This document shows positions 1 through 10,325 of a stretch of 64,000 bases of DNA, in pieces. Positions within the stretch are counted from its first letter, which is position 1; each line of letters starts with the position of its first letter. Source of the stretch: a bacterium (GTDB lineage Bacteria; RBG-13-61-14; DATKZS01). Location of the stretch: assembly GCA_963674965.2 (NCBI GenBank), contig CAXXFL010000006.1, positions 288,001 to 352,000 on the forward strand. The letters run 5' to 3'. Below the pieces are notes generated by a model. It had not been told where the DNA came from, did not search any database, and saw only the letters and a list, made by a program, of their open reading frames with translations. The translations under genes were made by a program, and so were the position numbers.

Positions 1-359
1 TTGGTAATCGCGGCGGAATAGGTGGTATTGGGGGCAAAAGGGGCGTCCGGTGAAAAGGTGATCATTTTGGCGTCCACATCATTGGTGACTTTTCCGTTGA
101 CGTTGGAATGGTCCGATCGGGTTAGAATAAAGAGTCCTTTGGGCATGGGCGCACTGAAGCTTGCGGTGATATTCTTGGCGACGGACACATCGACGGCGCC
201 ATTGTTGGGGCTGACGAAACATTTTGTGATGGCGGGCGGCGGCGGGTCCGAGGCCGCACCCGCTTCGCCATTTCGGCCATTCCACTCGCACCCGGCGGCC
301 ACAAAAACGGCCCAGAGCGCCACCGTCGCTAAAATCGCATAGTTTCTAAATGATCTCAT
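1..359 (-). CDS. Lipoprotein with Ig-like (Big_5/SbsA-type) domain, 3' part runs out of the window
   Basis: Read manually on the minus strand: MRSFRNYAILATVALWAVFVAAGC (signal peptide, lipobox AAGC), then VSPNNGAVDVSVAKNITASFSAPM...ITFSPDAPFAPNTTYSAAI, typical of Big_5 repeats. Confidence 0.7.
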   Translation of the reverse strand, partial: MRSFRNYAILATVALWAVFVAAGCEWNGRNGEAGAASDPPPPAITKCFVSPNNGAVDVSVAKNITASFSAPMPKGLFILTRSDHSNVNGKVTNDVDAKMITFSPDAPFAPNTTYSAAIT

Positions 360-475
360 TTTTAATGGCCTCATTTATTTCTCTCCTCTTTTTTTCTTTG
401 TAATTTGCTTTGCATTAAATTAACCTGTTCCCCTTTCCAGGACCTCAAAATCAGTGGTTCGAATTACCCGCCGTC

Positions 476-703
476 TTATTCAAGAATGACGGTAAACAAT
501 ACTCTCCGGTTGGCCTGGGCGGCCCGTGACTCGATGTTCTCGGGGTCCCGCTCAATCACAAAATCCAACTCCTTGTCGGTGGATAAAACGATAGATGCCA
601 TGGCCGAATGCTCATCTTTGTCGCCGGGGATAATGACCCCTTTAAGTAGTAATTCTTTTCCCCTTAATCCCGCTTCCAGTATCTTATGCTTATCGTTGTT
701 CAT
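476..703 (-). CDS. Small hypothetical protein (75 aa) just downstream of a sigma54-type promoter
   Basis: ORF with AAGGA upstream; homologous sequence at 3408-3662 and start-less fragments at ~3840-3905 and ~16640-16735. Confidence 0.5.
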   Translation of the reverse strand: MNNDKHKILEAGLRGKELLLKGVIIPGDKDEHSAMASIVLSTDKELDFVIERDPENIESRAAQANRRVLFTVILE

Positions 704-1082
704 CGATCTTTTTCGTTGTCCTTAGTTATTACTATTCATACATCATGCCAATTATCTAAGTACCTGATATTTAAACATTAACTGAACACCATGGACCATG
801 TCTTGGAACCAGGAATTCCGATTTACCCATGCGTTGCGGTTCTCAAAGGGGGTGTTAAAGATGGAAAAGGCAAAGTTTGCCAATACCGCGCCTTCCCGAG
901 TTCATCTCCGACAGGGGAAAGGGCCTGAATCATTTAACATATTACTCAAACTTAAATGGAAAAATCAGCAGAGGCATGAAAAGAATTGGAAAGGCTGAAC
1001 GAGAGGTTTTGAACCTTAGAGTTCCGATTCTTTCTTTGTGCTCTTACGACGGGTGGATTTGTATTCGGTTTTATCTATTTTA
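603..1082. repeat. Regulatory cassette copy 1 (regulator 3' end, UAS-like sites, sigma54 promoter, small ORF 5' part)
   Basis: Aligns by eye with ~3837-4270 and ~16638-17098; its right end encodes KIDKTEYKSTRRKSTKKESEL*, versus [21 protein letters not shown] at the end of the 4203-5648 regulator. Confidence 0.85.
735..751 (-). promoter_or_regulatory. Putative sigma54 (-24/-12) promoter
   Basis: Minus strand TTGGCATGATGTATGAA matches TGGCAC-N5-TTGC spacing, with GA instead of GC at -12; identical in all three cassette copies. Confidence 0.6.
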
Positions 1083-1149
1083 TCGGGGATTACTCCATCG
1101 AGGGGCATGAAGATTCCGTGGCGATGTTTTTAACGTGCCGCATAACCAG

Positions 1150-1196
1150 TCAAAAAGGCCGGAGACCAACAATAATGTTAGCCCCGGCCTTTTTGG
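1150..1196. terminator. Rho-independent terminator, potentially bidirectional
   Basis: AAAAAGGCCGG...CCGGCCTTTTT hairpin downstream of the glgC-gpmA-small ORF unit. Confidence 0.7.
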
Positions 1197-1249
1197 TCTG
1201 TGTTCATGCTATTGTTCGCAATCTTTCAATTCTCATTCTTAAATCTGGC

Positions 1250-1396
1250 TTACTTTTTGGTTTTTTCCTTGATTCCTTTCCTTCCTCCTGTCATTGGACC
1301 TTGACCAGGGCTATTGCCCTTACCCTTACCCTTACCTTTACCATGACCGTCTTTCGGTCCCTGACCTTTTGGTCCAGTTCCATCTTTATCTGGCAT
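1250..1396 (-). CDS. Small Gly/Lys-rich protein (48 aa), DUF5320-like
   Basis: Not in the ORF track. MPDKDGTGPKGQGPKDGHGKGKGKGKGNSPGQGPMTGGRKGIKEKTKK with strong RBS AGGAGGTGA; the MPxxDGTGPxGxGP motif is typical of DUF5320. Confidence 0.7.
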   Translation of the reverse strand: MPDKDGTGPKGQGPKDGHGKGKGKGKGNSPGQGPMTGGRKGIKEKTKK

Positions 1397-1482
1397 ATTA
1401 ATCACCTCCTTCCTGCTGGCGAACGATAGCGACCGCTAATTTGTCGTCGCCTGAATCCGCCTTATTGGCTGATCTTACCTTT

Positions 1483-2253
1483 CTATCGTGGTTTACCTTG
1501 GTCCGCTACAGCCTTCGTTGCTTGCGCCACAGATTCTGAATTCCCCAAATAGTAATGTTTGATAGGCCGCAGTTCCTTATCCAGCTCATACACCAGCGGT
1601 ATTCCAGTAGGAATATTCAGAGTAACAATGTCTTCGTCTAAAACATTGTCGAGATACTTCACCAGTGAACGTAGACTATTGCCGTGAGCTACGATGATCG
1701 CTCTCTTCCCCGCTTTTACGGCAGGTGCAATAGATCCGTGCCAATAGGGCAAAAAGCGCTCGGTCGTGTCTCTTAAACATTCTGTTACTGGCAAATCGCG
1801 AACATCCAATTCCTGATAACGCGGATCATGGACCGGATATCGTTCATCCGTTTTCGCCAAAGCCGGGGGCGCTATATCATAGCTTCTGCGCCAAAGGAAT
1901 ACCTGATCCTTCCCAAAGCACTTTGCGGTCTCCGCCTTGTTCAAGCCTTGCAGAGCCCCATAGTGCCGCTCATTCAGCCGCCACGAACGCTCGACAGGAA
2001 TCCACATTGGGTCAAGTTCATCCAGCACAATCCAAAGTGTGCGTATGGCGCGTTTCAGCACTGAGGTATAGGCTATATCGAAGTAGTAGCCTTCAGATTT
2101 GAGCGTCTTGCCAGCTTCTCGAGCTTCGATCCTGCCATGACCAGAAAGATCGACATCCGTCCACCCCGAAAAACGATTTTCCTTATTCCACAGGCTTTCA
2201 CCGTGCCGCAAGAGAACCACTTGACGGAGATCGCATTTCGCTTTATCTTTCAT
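1483..2253 (-). CDS. gpmA: 2,3-bisphosphoglycerate-dependent phosphoglycerate mutase
   Basis: [40 protein letters not shown] motifs. Confidence 0.95.
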   Translation of the reverse strand: MKDKAKCDLRQVVLLRHGESLWNKENRFSGWTDVDLSGHGRIEAREAGKTLKSEGYYFDIAYTSVLKRAIRTLWIVLDELDPMWIPVERSWRLNERHYGALQGLNKAETAKCFGKDQVFLWRRSYDIAPPALAKTDERYPVHDPRYQELDVRDLPVTECLRDTTERFLPYWHGSIAPAVKAGKRAIIVAHGNSLRSLVKYLDNVLDEDIVTLNIPTGIPLVYELDKELRPIKHYYLGNSESVAQATKAVADQGKPR

Positions 2254-2313
2254 CAGGGTATCTCCCGGTTTTGAGTTCTGCCACTTTCACAAGCAGGCCA
2301 AGCTTCGAGCGCT

Positions 2314-3468
2314 TCATGCACGCGCACCAAAGGGAAAATGAAGCCCCCAGATGATGTCGGGCCTGGAGAACCAACCGGTGCCAATGCCGACGTAAGGCTC
2401 CACCAACGCGTTATCGAGTTCCACGTGTTTCTTAACAAGAGCCCCGTCCATGAGCACCGACTTTAGCACCACGGCGCCTTCCTCAATCCGCACATCCGGA
2501 CCTATGATCGAGTCCTCGATGACGGCCCCTGCAATCCGGGCCGAGGACGAAATCATGGAATTTTTTATGCGCTGGTGGCCGTTAACGTAATCGCGGACGA
2601 TTTGCTCTTGGGAGAAGGGGATGCGCTTTAGCCCGGACAAGTTGTCGAAATTAAGCTCTTGGCCGTGCCCGTTCAAGACTTCCATGCTTGTCTCCATGTA
2701 AGCCCGAAGTTCCCCGATGTCGCGCCAATAGACCTGGCCGCCGTTTTCGTTCTTACAAGAAAAAGCCCACGCCTCTCCTTGCCTAGCCAGCCTCGGCATT
2801 ATGTCCTTGCCGAAATCATGCGAGCTCTCGCTCCGATTTTCATCGAGACAGTCGAGGAGAAAGCGGGTGGTGAAAACATAGATGCCCATGGAGGCGAGCG
2901 GATTTTTATCCGGGGGGACGACCGCATCGAGGCTTTGGGGTTTTTCGTGAAAGCTCTCGATCTTCCCGTCCTCCCGAACCTTGACGATTCCGAAGCGGTG
3001 AGACTCGTCTCTTTCGCATTCGACCGCTCCGACCGTTACCGCGCCTCCATGGGCCTGGTGGAATTCGATCATGGGGTTGTAATTCATCTTGTAGACGTGG
3101 TCTGCGGCCAGGACCACGGTGTATCGCGGAAGCCGCTCCCTCCTAGATAAAACCTGCCACACCGCGTTCGAAGTGCCCATGTATCTCCCCAGCGGAGATT
3201 TGTCGGAGGGCATGATTTCCAGGCGTCTGCCTATCGCCTCATACGATCCTTTCCAATTGACGCGAAGGAAGTTGTCCAAAATGTCCGAAAGGTACTGGGT
3301 AAGCACTAGGCAATCCCCTCCCATCGAGGCTTGGCAGTTGTAGAGGGTGAAGTCAATGATCCTTCCCGAAGCCCCGAACCGGACCAGGGGCTTGGGCCGA
3401 TTCGAGGTCAAGGGCATGAGCCGCTCTCCACGGCCGCCCGCAAGCAGACAGTACAGTATGTCAGGCAT
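2314..3468 (-). CDS. glgC: Glucose-1-phosphate adenylyltransferase family protein
   Basis: LAGGRGERLMPLT..RPKP, RIIDF, ADHVYKMNY, FHEKP, SMGIYVF, HDFGKDI, YWRDIG; C-terminal left-handed beta-helix repeats. Confidence 0.88.
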   Translation of the reverse strand: MPDILYCLLAGGRGERLMPLTSNRPKPLVRFGASGRIIDFTLYNCQASMGGDCLVLTQYLSDILDNFLRVNWKGSYEAIGRRLEIMPSDKSPLGRYMGTSNAVWQVLSRRERLPRYTVVLAADHVYKMNYNPMIEFHQAHGGAVTVGAVECERDESHRFGIVKVREDGKIESFHEKPQSLDAVVPPDKNPLASMGIYVFTTRFLLDCLDENRSESSHDFGKDIMPRLARQGEAWAFSCKNENGGQVYWRDIGELRAYMETSMEVLNGHGQELNFDNLSGLKRIPFSQEQIVRDYVNGHQRIKNSMISSSARIAGAVIEDSIIGPDVRIEEGAVVLKSVLMDGALVKKHVELDNALVEPYVGIGTGWFSRPDIIWGLHFPFGARA

Positions 3469-3662
3469 GCCATTCCTCTTTTGCCCATGGAAAAGCAGCC
3501 GGACATGCCTATGCCGCGGTCAGGGCTTTCCTGTTCACTATTGGTATCGATCACGGCGGCGGCGGAATACGCATCCAACTCACCGGCCACGACAATCCCC
3601 TTGAGTAATACTTCTCCTACGCGTAATCCCGGTCTCTCAATATGGTTACTGGTTTTATTCAT
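3408..3662 (-). CDS. Diverged homolog of the 476-703 small protein, possibly degenerate (overlaps glgC start)
   Basis: MNKTSNHIERPGLRVGEVLLKGIVVAGELDAYSAAAVI versus MNNDKHKILEAGLRGKELLLKGVIIPGDKDEHSAMASI. Confidence 0.4.
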   Translation of the reverse strand: MNKTSNHIERPGLRVGEVLLKGIVVAGELDAYSAAAVIDTNSEQESPDRGIGMSGCFSMGKRGMACLTYCTVCLRAAVESGSCP

Positions 3663-3836
3663 CGTTATTTTCCTGTAGTCCATCAGCCCGACATAACAAC
3701 ACTCCAGCCGCCCGCTGTCCAGTTTATTAAGGATCTTGAGGCCGACCAGAAATTGGTAGGGGTCAGCGGAGGGCTGCGGGCGGGCAACGCACCAGTACAC
3801 TTGAATCGGAACTTGTTCCATTTCGCATGAACTGGG

Positions 3837-4270
3837 CAACGACCCCTTTAAGTAGTAATTCTTTTCCCCTTAATCCCGCCACCAGTATCTTATGCTTATC
3901 GTTGTCCCTGGTTATTACTATTCATACATCATGCCAATTGTCTAAGTGCCTGATATTTAGACATTCACTGAAAACCATGGGCCATATCTTGGAACGAGGA
4001 ATTCCGATTTTTGCGTGTGTTGTGGTCCCCATAGGTGGTGAGAAATATGGAACCGGAAAGGCTTGTCGGCGCCGCGCCTTCCCGAGTTCATCTCCGACAG
4101 GGGAAAGGGCCTGAATCATTTAACATATTATTCGGTTTGAATTGGAGGAATCAGGAGAGGGACGTATAAAGGATTGAAAATTGCGAACGAAGGGTTTGGA
4201 CCTCAAAGTTCCGATTCTTTCTTCTTAACCTTGCGGCTGGAGGGTTTATATTTGGCTTTATCTATTTTAT
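3837..4270. repeat. Regulatory cassette copy 2 (upstream of glgC-gpmA, overlapping the regulator's 3' end)
   Basis: High identity to copies 1 and 3; sigma54-type motif at 3921-3937, palindromes at 3991-4005 and 4198-4212. Confidence 0.85.
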
Positions 4271-5648
4271 ATTTTGTCAACAGCTTATTCAGTTGGCGGA
4301 CCCCGATCCCCGCCGTGGACGCGGTCTCGTCGATTTTTCCTTTGTATTCGGCCAACAGTTGCTTCAGGTATTGGCGTCGGACGCTGTCGATCGCATCCTG
4401 GGTGACTGTGGCCAGGGGAAGCGAGGTGTTGAGGTGGATTTGAGCCGTACTGCCCCCTGAAAAGAGTTCGGACGGAAAGCTCTCCGGGGTGAGTTCGCTG
4501 GACTGCTCCACAATATGTGCCCTCTCGATCAGGTTCTCCAACTCGCGGATGTTGCCGGGCCAGTGGTATCTTAGCAGGGCTTCCATGACGCTTGGATGGA
4601 TCGAAAGAATTTTCTTGCTGTGTTCGCGATTGCACTTGTCCAGGAACTCCCGCACCAAAATCTCGATGTCCTCGACCCGCTCCCGCAGAGGCGGGACCTC
4701 GATGGGGAAAACGTTCAAGCGGTAATAAAGGTCCTCCCTAAAACTACCATCGTTGATCGCGGCCTGCAGGTCGAGATTGGACGCGGCGATGACGCGCACG
4801 TCCGCTATAATCGTCGTTTCCCCACCGACGCGGGAATAGATTTTTTCCTGCAATACCTGCAAGAGCTTAACCTGGATGGACTGGGCTACGGTCCCGACCT
4901 CGTCGAGAAAAATCGTTCCGCCCTGGGCGATTTCGAACTTGCCCAGTTTCCTGGAGATCGCGCCGGTGAAGGCTCCTTTCTCATGGCCGAACAGTTCGCT
5001 CTCGACCAGGGTCTCGGGGATGGCGCCGCAATGGATGCTAATGAATTGATTGTCGCTGCGGCTGCTGTGCCGATGGATGAGCTTGGCCATGACCCCTTTG
5101 CCCGTCCCGGTCTCTCCGGTCAAAAGGACGGTGGTCAAGGTCGGGGCCACCGACCGGATCTGGTCGATGACTTTTTGCATCACAGGGCTTTGGGTGCGGA
5201 CAATGGCGCCGGATTCGTCTTTCCAGAACTGGTCGCGAAGGTACTCCAGTTCCGAATAAGTTCTAATGGTCTTCGTCATGTTCTCCATTACCAGGCGCAC
5301 TTCTTCCTGATCGATCGGAGAAATGAGGTAATCGTTGGCGCCTTCCTTCACTGCCTGAACAAGTTCACGGACGTTGTTCTGAGGCGACATTACTATGATC
5401 GGAGTCAGGGGAAAGACTTTCTTAAACGGTTGGAAGGCCTTGTTGTAATCGACCTTGGAGCTGGACTGGCCAGGCGTAGCCAAAATAGTTAGATCAATGA
5501 AAATGATTGAACACTGCCGTTTGAGAAACTTGGCTAGACCTGATTTCCGGTCTCCTGCTATCTCAAAGATATACTCTTCTTCTCCCAAATATCTCTGGAG
5601 AGAGGAGGCCATGGCATCATCTTTGGTGACGATAAGAATAGTGTTCAT
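4203..5648 (-). CDS. Sigma54-dependent response regulator (NtrC/AtoC-type enhancer-binding protein)
   Basis: N-terminal receiver-like domain, GETGTGK Walker [41 protein letters not shown]-terminal HTH. Confidence 0.95.
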   Translation of the reverse strand: MNTILIVTKDDAMASSLQRYLGEEEYIFEIAGDRKSGLAKFLKRQCSIIFIDLTILATPGQSSSKVDYNKAFQPFKKVFPLTPIIVMSPQNNVRELVQAVKEGANDYLISPIDQEEVRLVMENMTKTIRTYSELEYLRDQFWKDESGAIVRTQSPVMQKVIDQIRSVAPTLTTVLLTGETGTGKGVMAKLIHRHSSRSDNQFISIHCGAIPETLVESELFGHEKGAFTGAISRKLGKFEIAQGGTIFLDEVGTVAQSIQVKLLQVLQEKIYSRVGGETTIIADVRVIAASNLDLQAAINDGSFREDLYYRLNVFPIEVPPLRERVEDIEILVREFLDKCNREHSKKILSIHPSVMEALLRYHWPGNIRELENLIERAHIVEQSSELTPESFPSELFSGGSTAQIHLNTSLPLATVTQDAIDSVRRQYLKQLLAEYKGKIDETASTAGIGVRQLNKLLTKYKIDKAKYKPSSRKVKKKESEL

Positions 5649-6384
5649 CTAAAAGTGGACAATATCACACATCCGAACTTAATACCACCAATAAACGAAC
5701 AGACTTTCGTTAAATTGGAATTCCAAGTTCCAATAGATAGCGCCGCTACATATTTTATAATTAAATATCAGATAGTTAGATAGCTGGCATTAACAATGGC
5801 CAGCACGTGCGTTCCCATTGTCAAAAAAGTGCTCTAATTTGGTAGAGTACCGAATGGTATAGCCATCGCAAATTCCATTTAACTCACCTTATTCAAGGTC
5901 ATGCAGTAAAAGCATGATTTTGCTTGCCGGTCGTTGGCAATGACACTATATGTATGACGTAATTATGTGGCATCCCGCCCTTCATAAGATTTTCAGTAGC
6001 TTGATCCATTGATCGCCTACCATCGCTGTATGCCCGCTGTAATGGAACTAGCCCTAAAGTTCTTTTTCATCGAGTTCCCTTATTTTGTCGAGGATACTTT
6101 TCGCCGATCCCTCGTCCGCGATTTCGAAAATTCCGTTCATGCGGTACTCTTGTTTTGTGTCAACGATCAGAATTCCTTAACAAACCCCTGAGAATGGTTA
6201 AACACCACGGACCACCTCGAACTAAACCAGTGGGATATTTCCATCTTTCTCATAACGATTTCAACCTGGCCAGCTTCATATCGGCAAGAGCCTTGTCGAA
6301 TTCCTTCCAGTCATAATGTCCTGCCTCAGTTGAAAATGGAGAACGCCTCCGCGAGGATAGTTATATCGAGAAGGAGGCGGGACG

Positions 6385-6693
6385 ATGGAAGGGAGACGAA
6401 GAAGATTTACGGCGGAGGAGAAGGTTCGGGTGCTGAGGCGGCACCTGGTTGACAAGGTGGCAGTGTCGGAGCTTTGCGAGCAGGAGCGGATTCAGCCGAC
6501 CCAGTTCTACAACTGGCAGAAGCAGTTCTTTGAAAACGGCGCGGCGGCCTTCGAACGGCAGCCCTCCCGGCCGGAGCGGCGCGAGGCAGAGCGGATCGAG
6601 GCGCTGGAAGCCAAGCTTCGGAAGAAGGACGAGGTGATTTCAGAGCTGATGGAGGACCACGTCAAGTTAAAAAAAGAGCTTGGGGACCTCTGA
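6385..6693 (+). CDS. IS3 transposase OrfA (HTH)
   Basis: RRRFTAEEKVRVL...FYNWQKQF, leucine-zipper-like tail, RBS AGGAGG. Confidence 0.9.
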   Translation: MEGRRRRFTAEEKVRVLRRHLVDKVAVSELCEQERIQPTQFYNWQKQFFENGAAAFERQPSRPERREAERIEALEAKLRKKDEVISELMEDHVKLKKELGDL

Positions 6694-6728
6694 GGGCCGC
6701 ATGGGTCCCCCCCGACACGCGGGACGAG

Positions 6729-7685
6729 GTGGTTGACTACGTCGGCTACTGGCTTTCCCGCGCGGAGCTTCCGGCGGCCCGTCTGATCGATTGGCTGGGG
6801 ATATCGAGCTCGAAGTACTACGACTGGAAGAAGCGCTACGGCCTGGCCAACGAGCACAACGGCAAGGTCCCTCGGGACCATTGGCTTTTGGATTGGGAGA
6901 AGCAGGCGATCATCCGCTATCATTTCGATCACCCGCTGGAGGGTTACCGCCGGCTGGCGTTCATGATGCTTGATGAGAATCTGGTATGCGTGTCTCCGGC
7001 GAGCGTTTACCGGGTGCTGTCGGAAGCGGGTTTGCTGGGTCGGTTTTCGGGCCAGCCGTCGCTGAAGGGCACGGGTTTCGAGCAGCCCGAAAGGCCGCAT
7101 GAACACTGGCACATTGACGTGAGCCACATCAATATTTGCGGGACGTTTTATTACCTGTTCAGCGTGATTGACGGCCAAAGCCGCTACCTGGTCCACTGGG
7201 ACATTCGAGAGAGCATGAAGGAGTGGGAGGTTGAAGTGATCCTGGAGCGGGCGAAGGAGAAGTATCCGGCTGCTCGGCCTCGCATCATCTCGGACAATGG
7301 GCCGCAGTTCATCGCCCGGGATTTCAAGGAGTTCATCCGAGTGAGCGGGATGACGCATGTTCGGACCTCGCCGTACTATCCGCAAAGCAACGGCAAGAAG
7401 GAGCGGTGGTATCAAACGCTGAAGAAGGAATGCATCCGTCCGAAGACGCCGCTTAGTTTGGATGAGGCCAAACGGATCGTGGGCGAGTATGTGGAGCATT
7501 ACAACAACGTGCGGTTGCACAGCGCGATCGGTTACATTGCGCCGGCGGACAAACTGGCTGGCCGGGAGGCGGAGATTTGGGCGGCTCGGGACCTGAAGCT
7601 GGAAGCGGCGCGGGAAGAGCGGAAGCGGCGGCGGATGGTCGAACGCGGCGGGCTTGACATGGCGTTGGCGGTTGGAGTAGCCTGA
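6729..7685 (+). CDS. IS3 transposase OrfB (DDE integrase core)
   Basis: WHIDVS, SDNGPQF, SPYYPQSNGKKER, YNNVRLHSAIGY; -1 frame relative to orfA. Confidence 0.92.
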   Translation: MVDYVGYWLSRAELPAARLIDWLGISSSKYYDWKKRYGLANEHNGKVPRDHWLLDWEKQAIIRYHFDHPLEGYRRLAFMMLDENLVCVSPASVYRVLSEAGLLGRFSGQPSLKGTGFEQPERPHEHWHIDVSHINICGTFYYLFSVIDGQSRYLVHWDIRESMKEWEVEVILERAKEKYPAARPRIISDNGPQFIARDFKEFIRVSGMTHVRTSPYYPQSNGKKERWYQTLKKECIRPKTPLSLDEAKRIVGEYVEHYNNVRLHSAIGYIAPADKLAGREAEIWAARDLKLEAAREERKRRRMVERGGLDMALAVGVA

Positions 7686-7972
7686 GCTTGCCGGGTGAAA
7701 CAGAGGCGGGCACTGCTGGAGAGCAACCCGCCGAGGGATAGCCCGGCGGGGCTCATCGCGTTGATGAGAGGGCGTTGGGGAACACCCTCAGCGCCCGGCC
7801 TAAACTCATCAAACGATAGACCCCCAATGCCTTCTTAAAACTCCCGCCCGAAGGGCGGAATCTTGAGGGTGAGTGCGAAGGCCGTACTCACTTAGCAAAA
7901 GCGGGGGTACTCCATTTCCCGCTGAACCAGGACAATAAGAGCGAAGTCGATCACAGCATCAATCCTCGCCCA

Positions 7973-9181
7973 TCAATAAGCATCATCCAACTTCTGGCCT
8001 TCACGTATCTGGTCAAAAAACGGTGTGCTCCGTTGCTCCACGCATATGGCGGAATATAGATACATCGCAGCCGACCATGACTGCCAATCGACTCCGCGAG
8101 GAGCACCGTCCTGCGCCCGAAACCACTCGTTAAAGCCGAATTCGACCTCTGCTTCGCGTGCGGGGCGCACCAGATCGGTCAAGGCCATAAGCTTCTTCTC
8201 CGCCAGGCGGAACCTTCCAGTGGCCACGATCGCGGCCACGTAGAAGCCGCAGACAAAGGGCCAGATTCCACCATTATGGTATTCCCCAGGCATATTGTAC
8301 CGTTTGTATCTAGGTCGCCAATCTGGATCCTCGGGCTGAATGTACGGGAAGTAGTTGGGGGGAAGGTCCAACGCCAAAAGGCCCTGTTTCCGTAGGCTCT
8401 TGGACTCGCGTTCGATCCATGAAACAATGGACTTGGACCGCGAGGGGGAAGCCAGGCCGCTCAATACCGCCAAGCTGTTCCCTAATAGATCGAACCGTTC
8501 ATCGCTTAAGACCTTGTATGACCACGTTGCGAAGTAAGGCTTGTGCGGCAGAGATAACCCCTCATGGACGTGCCGGTTCTGGACTTCCCCCCGGATGGTG
8601 AAACGGCCCATTTGATTTTCCAGGCGGTTGGCTTTTTCATGTTCGCCGAATAGACGGAGATAACTGTACACGATCGTGTTCACAAACAGCCCGTGACCCA
8701 AGACCCACTGTTCATCGCGCCAGTCGCTGGTCGGCAGTTGCTGCACGATAACCCTGTCCGTTGGACTCTGATATTCCATCCAGGTCATCGACTTTTTTAG
8801 GGCGTCCTCAAGGAAATCATTTTCTCCAGTCGCCTTTTGAAAAATGCCTACGCTCAGAATGAATAGAGGAGTGGTGTCGCTGGCTCCGCGATCATCTCTG
8901 TCGTGTACCAATCCAGGAATATGTCCCAACCGACTCTGGTTTTTGGCAAGGGTCAGCAGTACTCGCCGCAGACTTTTGATGAGCTTCTGGTTTCCACACG
9001 CCAGGAACCCGAGCCCGCATATCATGAGATCACGGGTGTAGGGCTCTGGATATCCGAATCCGGCAGTTCTTGGAAGTGAACGATAGGGTCCGCGTGAATT
9101 TTTGAGCAGAACTTCCAGGGCCGCTTGCTTAGCTTGTTCCACCCGGGCTTTGTTTTTAGCATTCATTTTATGATATTCCAA
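7973..9181 (-). CDS. (alpha/alpha)6 glycoside hydrolase (GH100 invertase / amylo-alpha-1,6-glucosidase-like)
   Basis: YTRD, DTTPLF, FDLLGN, YHNGGIWP, FNEW, QSWSAAMY motifs. Confidence 0.8.
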   Translation of the reverse strand: MEYHKMNAKNKARVEQAKQAALEVLLKNSRGPYRSLPRTAGFGYPEPYTRDLMICGLGFLACGNQKLIKSLRRVLLTLAKNQSRLGHIPGLVHDRDDRGASDTTPLFILSVGIFQKATGENDFLEDALKKSMTWMEYQSPTDRVIVQQLPTSDWRDEQWVLGHGLFVNTIVYSYLRLFGEHEKANRLENQMGRFTIRGEVQNRHVHEGLSLPHKPYFATWSYKVLSDERFDLLGNSLAVLSGLASPSRSKSIVSWIERESKSLRKQGLLALDLPPNYFPYIQPEDPDWRPRYKRYNMPGEYHNGGIWPFVCGFYVAAIVATGRFRLAEKKLMALTDLVRPAREAEVEFGFNEWFRAQDGAPRGVDWQSWSAAMYLYSAICVEQRSTPFFDQIREGQKLDDAY

Positions 9182-10310
9182 GCCTCTCTGAAATTATCTG
9201 CAGGAATCTTTTGGCCACCAATCTGTAATCATAATTCTCAACCACTCTCTTCCTGCCTGCTTCTCCCAAGTTTCTTCGCAATTCTGGTTTTTCCATCAAA
9301 TCAATCAGGTATTTTGCTATATCATAAACACTAGCCCGATATTCGACCGTACGGGGAGTTTGAAATACCACACGATGACCTTTTTCCCAGCCCGACTCTT
9401 CTCCAACCACCGTTTCCCTGCTGACAACCTCCGTGGCAACGGAGGCCAGCAAGGCGGTTTCTCCATGCACCAGCGTGTCCATCATGGCCATGGCATTCAT
9501 GCTGAGGACCGGTTTGCAGCAAGCTCCGGCCTCCACTTGGGGCATGCCGAATCCTTCCAGGCGTGATGGCGCGGCGTAAATGTCACACGCATTTATCAGA
9601 TAGGGTATGAAGTTCCTGGACACAACATTGGCAACATATACAACATTTTTATCAATTCCCAGAGAACTCGCCAGTTTAAGATCGATCAGGTTCTGTTCAA
9701 TCGTTCGCGGCTGGGGCCACACCTTGCAGATGTATTTCCAGGCCGGGGCTTTGGCGTGAATGGTTGCAAGGCCCTGCATCACTTCCTGGGCTCCCTTGGA
9801 GGCGGCATCACCACCAATGGTGAGGATTATAATGTCGTCAGGCGAAACTCCCAGCGCTTCGCGAATGCAGGATACTCGGGGATCGCTCTTGTCACGCGGC
9901 TTGAACGAATCAGTGTCAACGCCTACCGGCAGAACATCGATATTCTCGCCGTTGATCCCGTCCCGGATATATACATCCTTTACCCAATTGGAAGTGACTA
10001 GAATAAGGGGCAGATCGTTCAAAATTTCCTGAAAGTTGGCAATATAACCGTCGGCCACAAGCCAGGGCACGGCCTGGATCCCGTATTGTTGGGGATGAAG
10101 GACTAGATGGGGCAAATGTCCCCAGTAACCCACTCCGACCACAATGTCCGGCTTGAACCAGCGGTAGTACCATTCCTTTTCCTGGGGAGATTCAAAGTTG
10201 ACAGCATGGGCTTCAACTCCCAGTTCCAGAAGCCCCCTGTAGAGTAAATCTCCCTGGGTGGCCAACCCTCCCGGAGACGCCGGATAATCGTAGAGAACCA
10301 GTACCTTCAT
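9168..10310 (-). CDS. Glycosyltransferase family 4
   Basis: PVGVDTDSF, DIYAAPSRLEGFGMPQVEAGAC, LGEAGRKRV (GT-B signature). Confidence 0.9.
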   Translation of the reverse strand: MKVLVLYDYPASPGGLATQGDLLYRGLLELGVEAHAVNFESPQEKEWYYRWFKPDIVVGVGYWGHLPHLVLHPQQYGIQAVPWLVADGYIANFQEILNDLPLILVTSNWVKDVYIRDGINGENIDVLPVGVDTDSFKPRDKSDPRVSCIREALGVSPDDIIILTIGGDAASKGAQEVMQGLATIHAKAPAWKYICKVWPQPRTIEQNLIDLKLASSLGIDKNVVYVANVVSRNFIPYLINACDIYAAPSRLEGFGMPQVEAGACCKPVLSMNAMAMMDTLVHGETALLASVATEVVSRETVVGEESGWEKGHRVVFQTPRTVEYRASVYDIAKYLIDLMEKPELRRNLGEAGRKRVVENYDYRLVAKRFLQIISERLGIS

Positions 10311-10325
10311 GACCTCCTCCAGTGA

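Larger units (their letters stand above)
6317..7934 (+). mobile_element. IS3-family insertion sequence
   Basis: Ends TGTCCTG...CAGGACA with imperfect IRs; 4-bp target duplication ATAA (6313-6316 / 7935-7938); orfA/orfB with A7G -1 frameshift motif at 6669-6676. Confidence 0.95.

Noticed and set aside
1316-1342. CCCTTA tandem repeat resembling a telomere-like or phase-variable tract
   Set aside because: It encodes the Gly-Lys repeat of the 48-aa ORF; the unit length is a multiple of three.
3669-3839. PilZ-like C-terminal fragment (VYWC...YQFLVGLKIL)
   Set aside because: Too short, and lacks the RxxxR motif; cannot be supported without an HMM search.
5960-6316. Possible gene interrupted by the first IS3
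   Set aside because: Joining the flanks gives only short frames with stops; no family recognisable.
6507-7520. 337-aa minus-strand ORF, and similar long antisense ORFs at 18825-20153, 17219-17881, 43053-43971 and their copies
   Set aside because: Antisense shadows of GC-rich transposase genes; no recognisable motifs.
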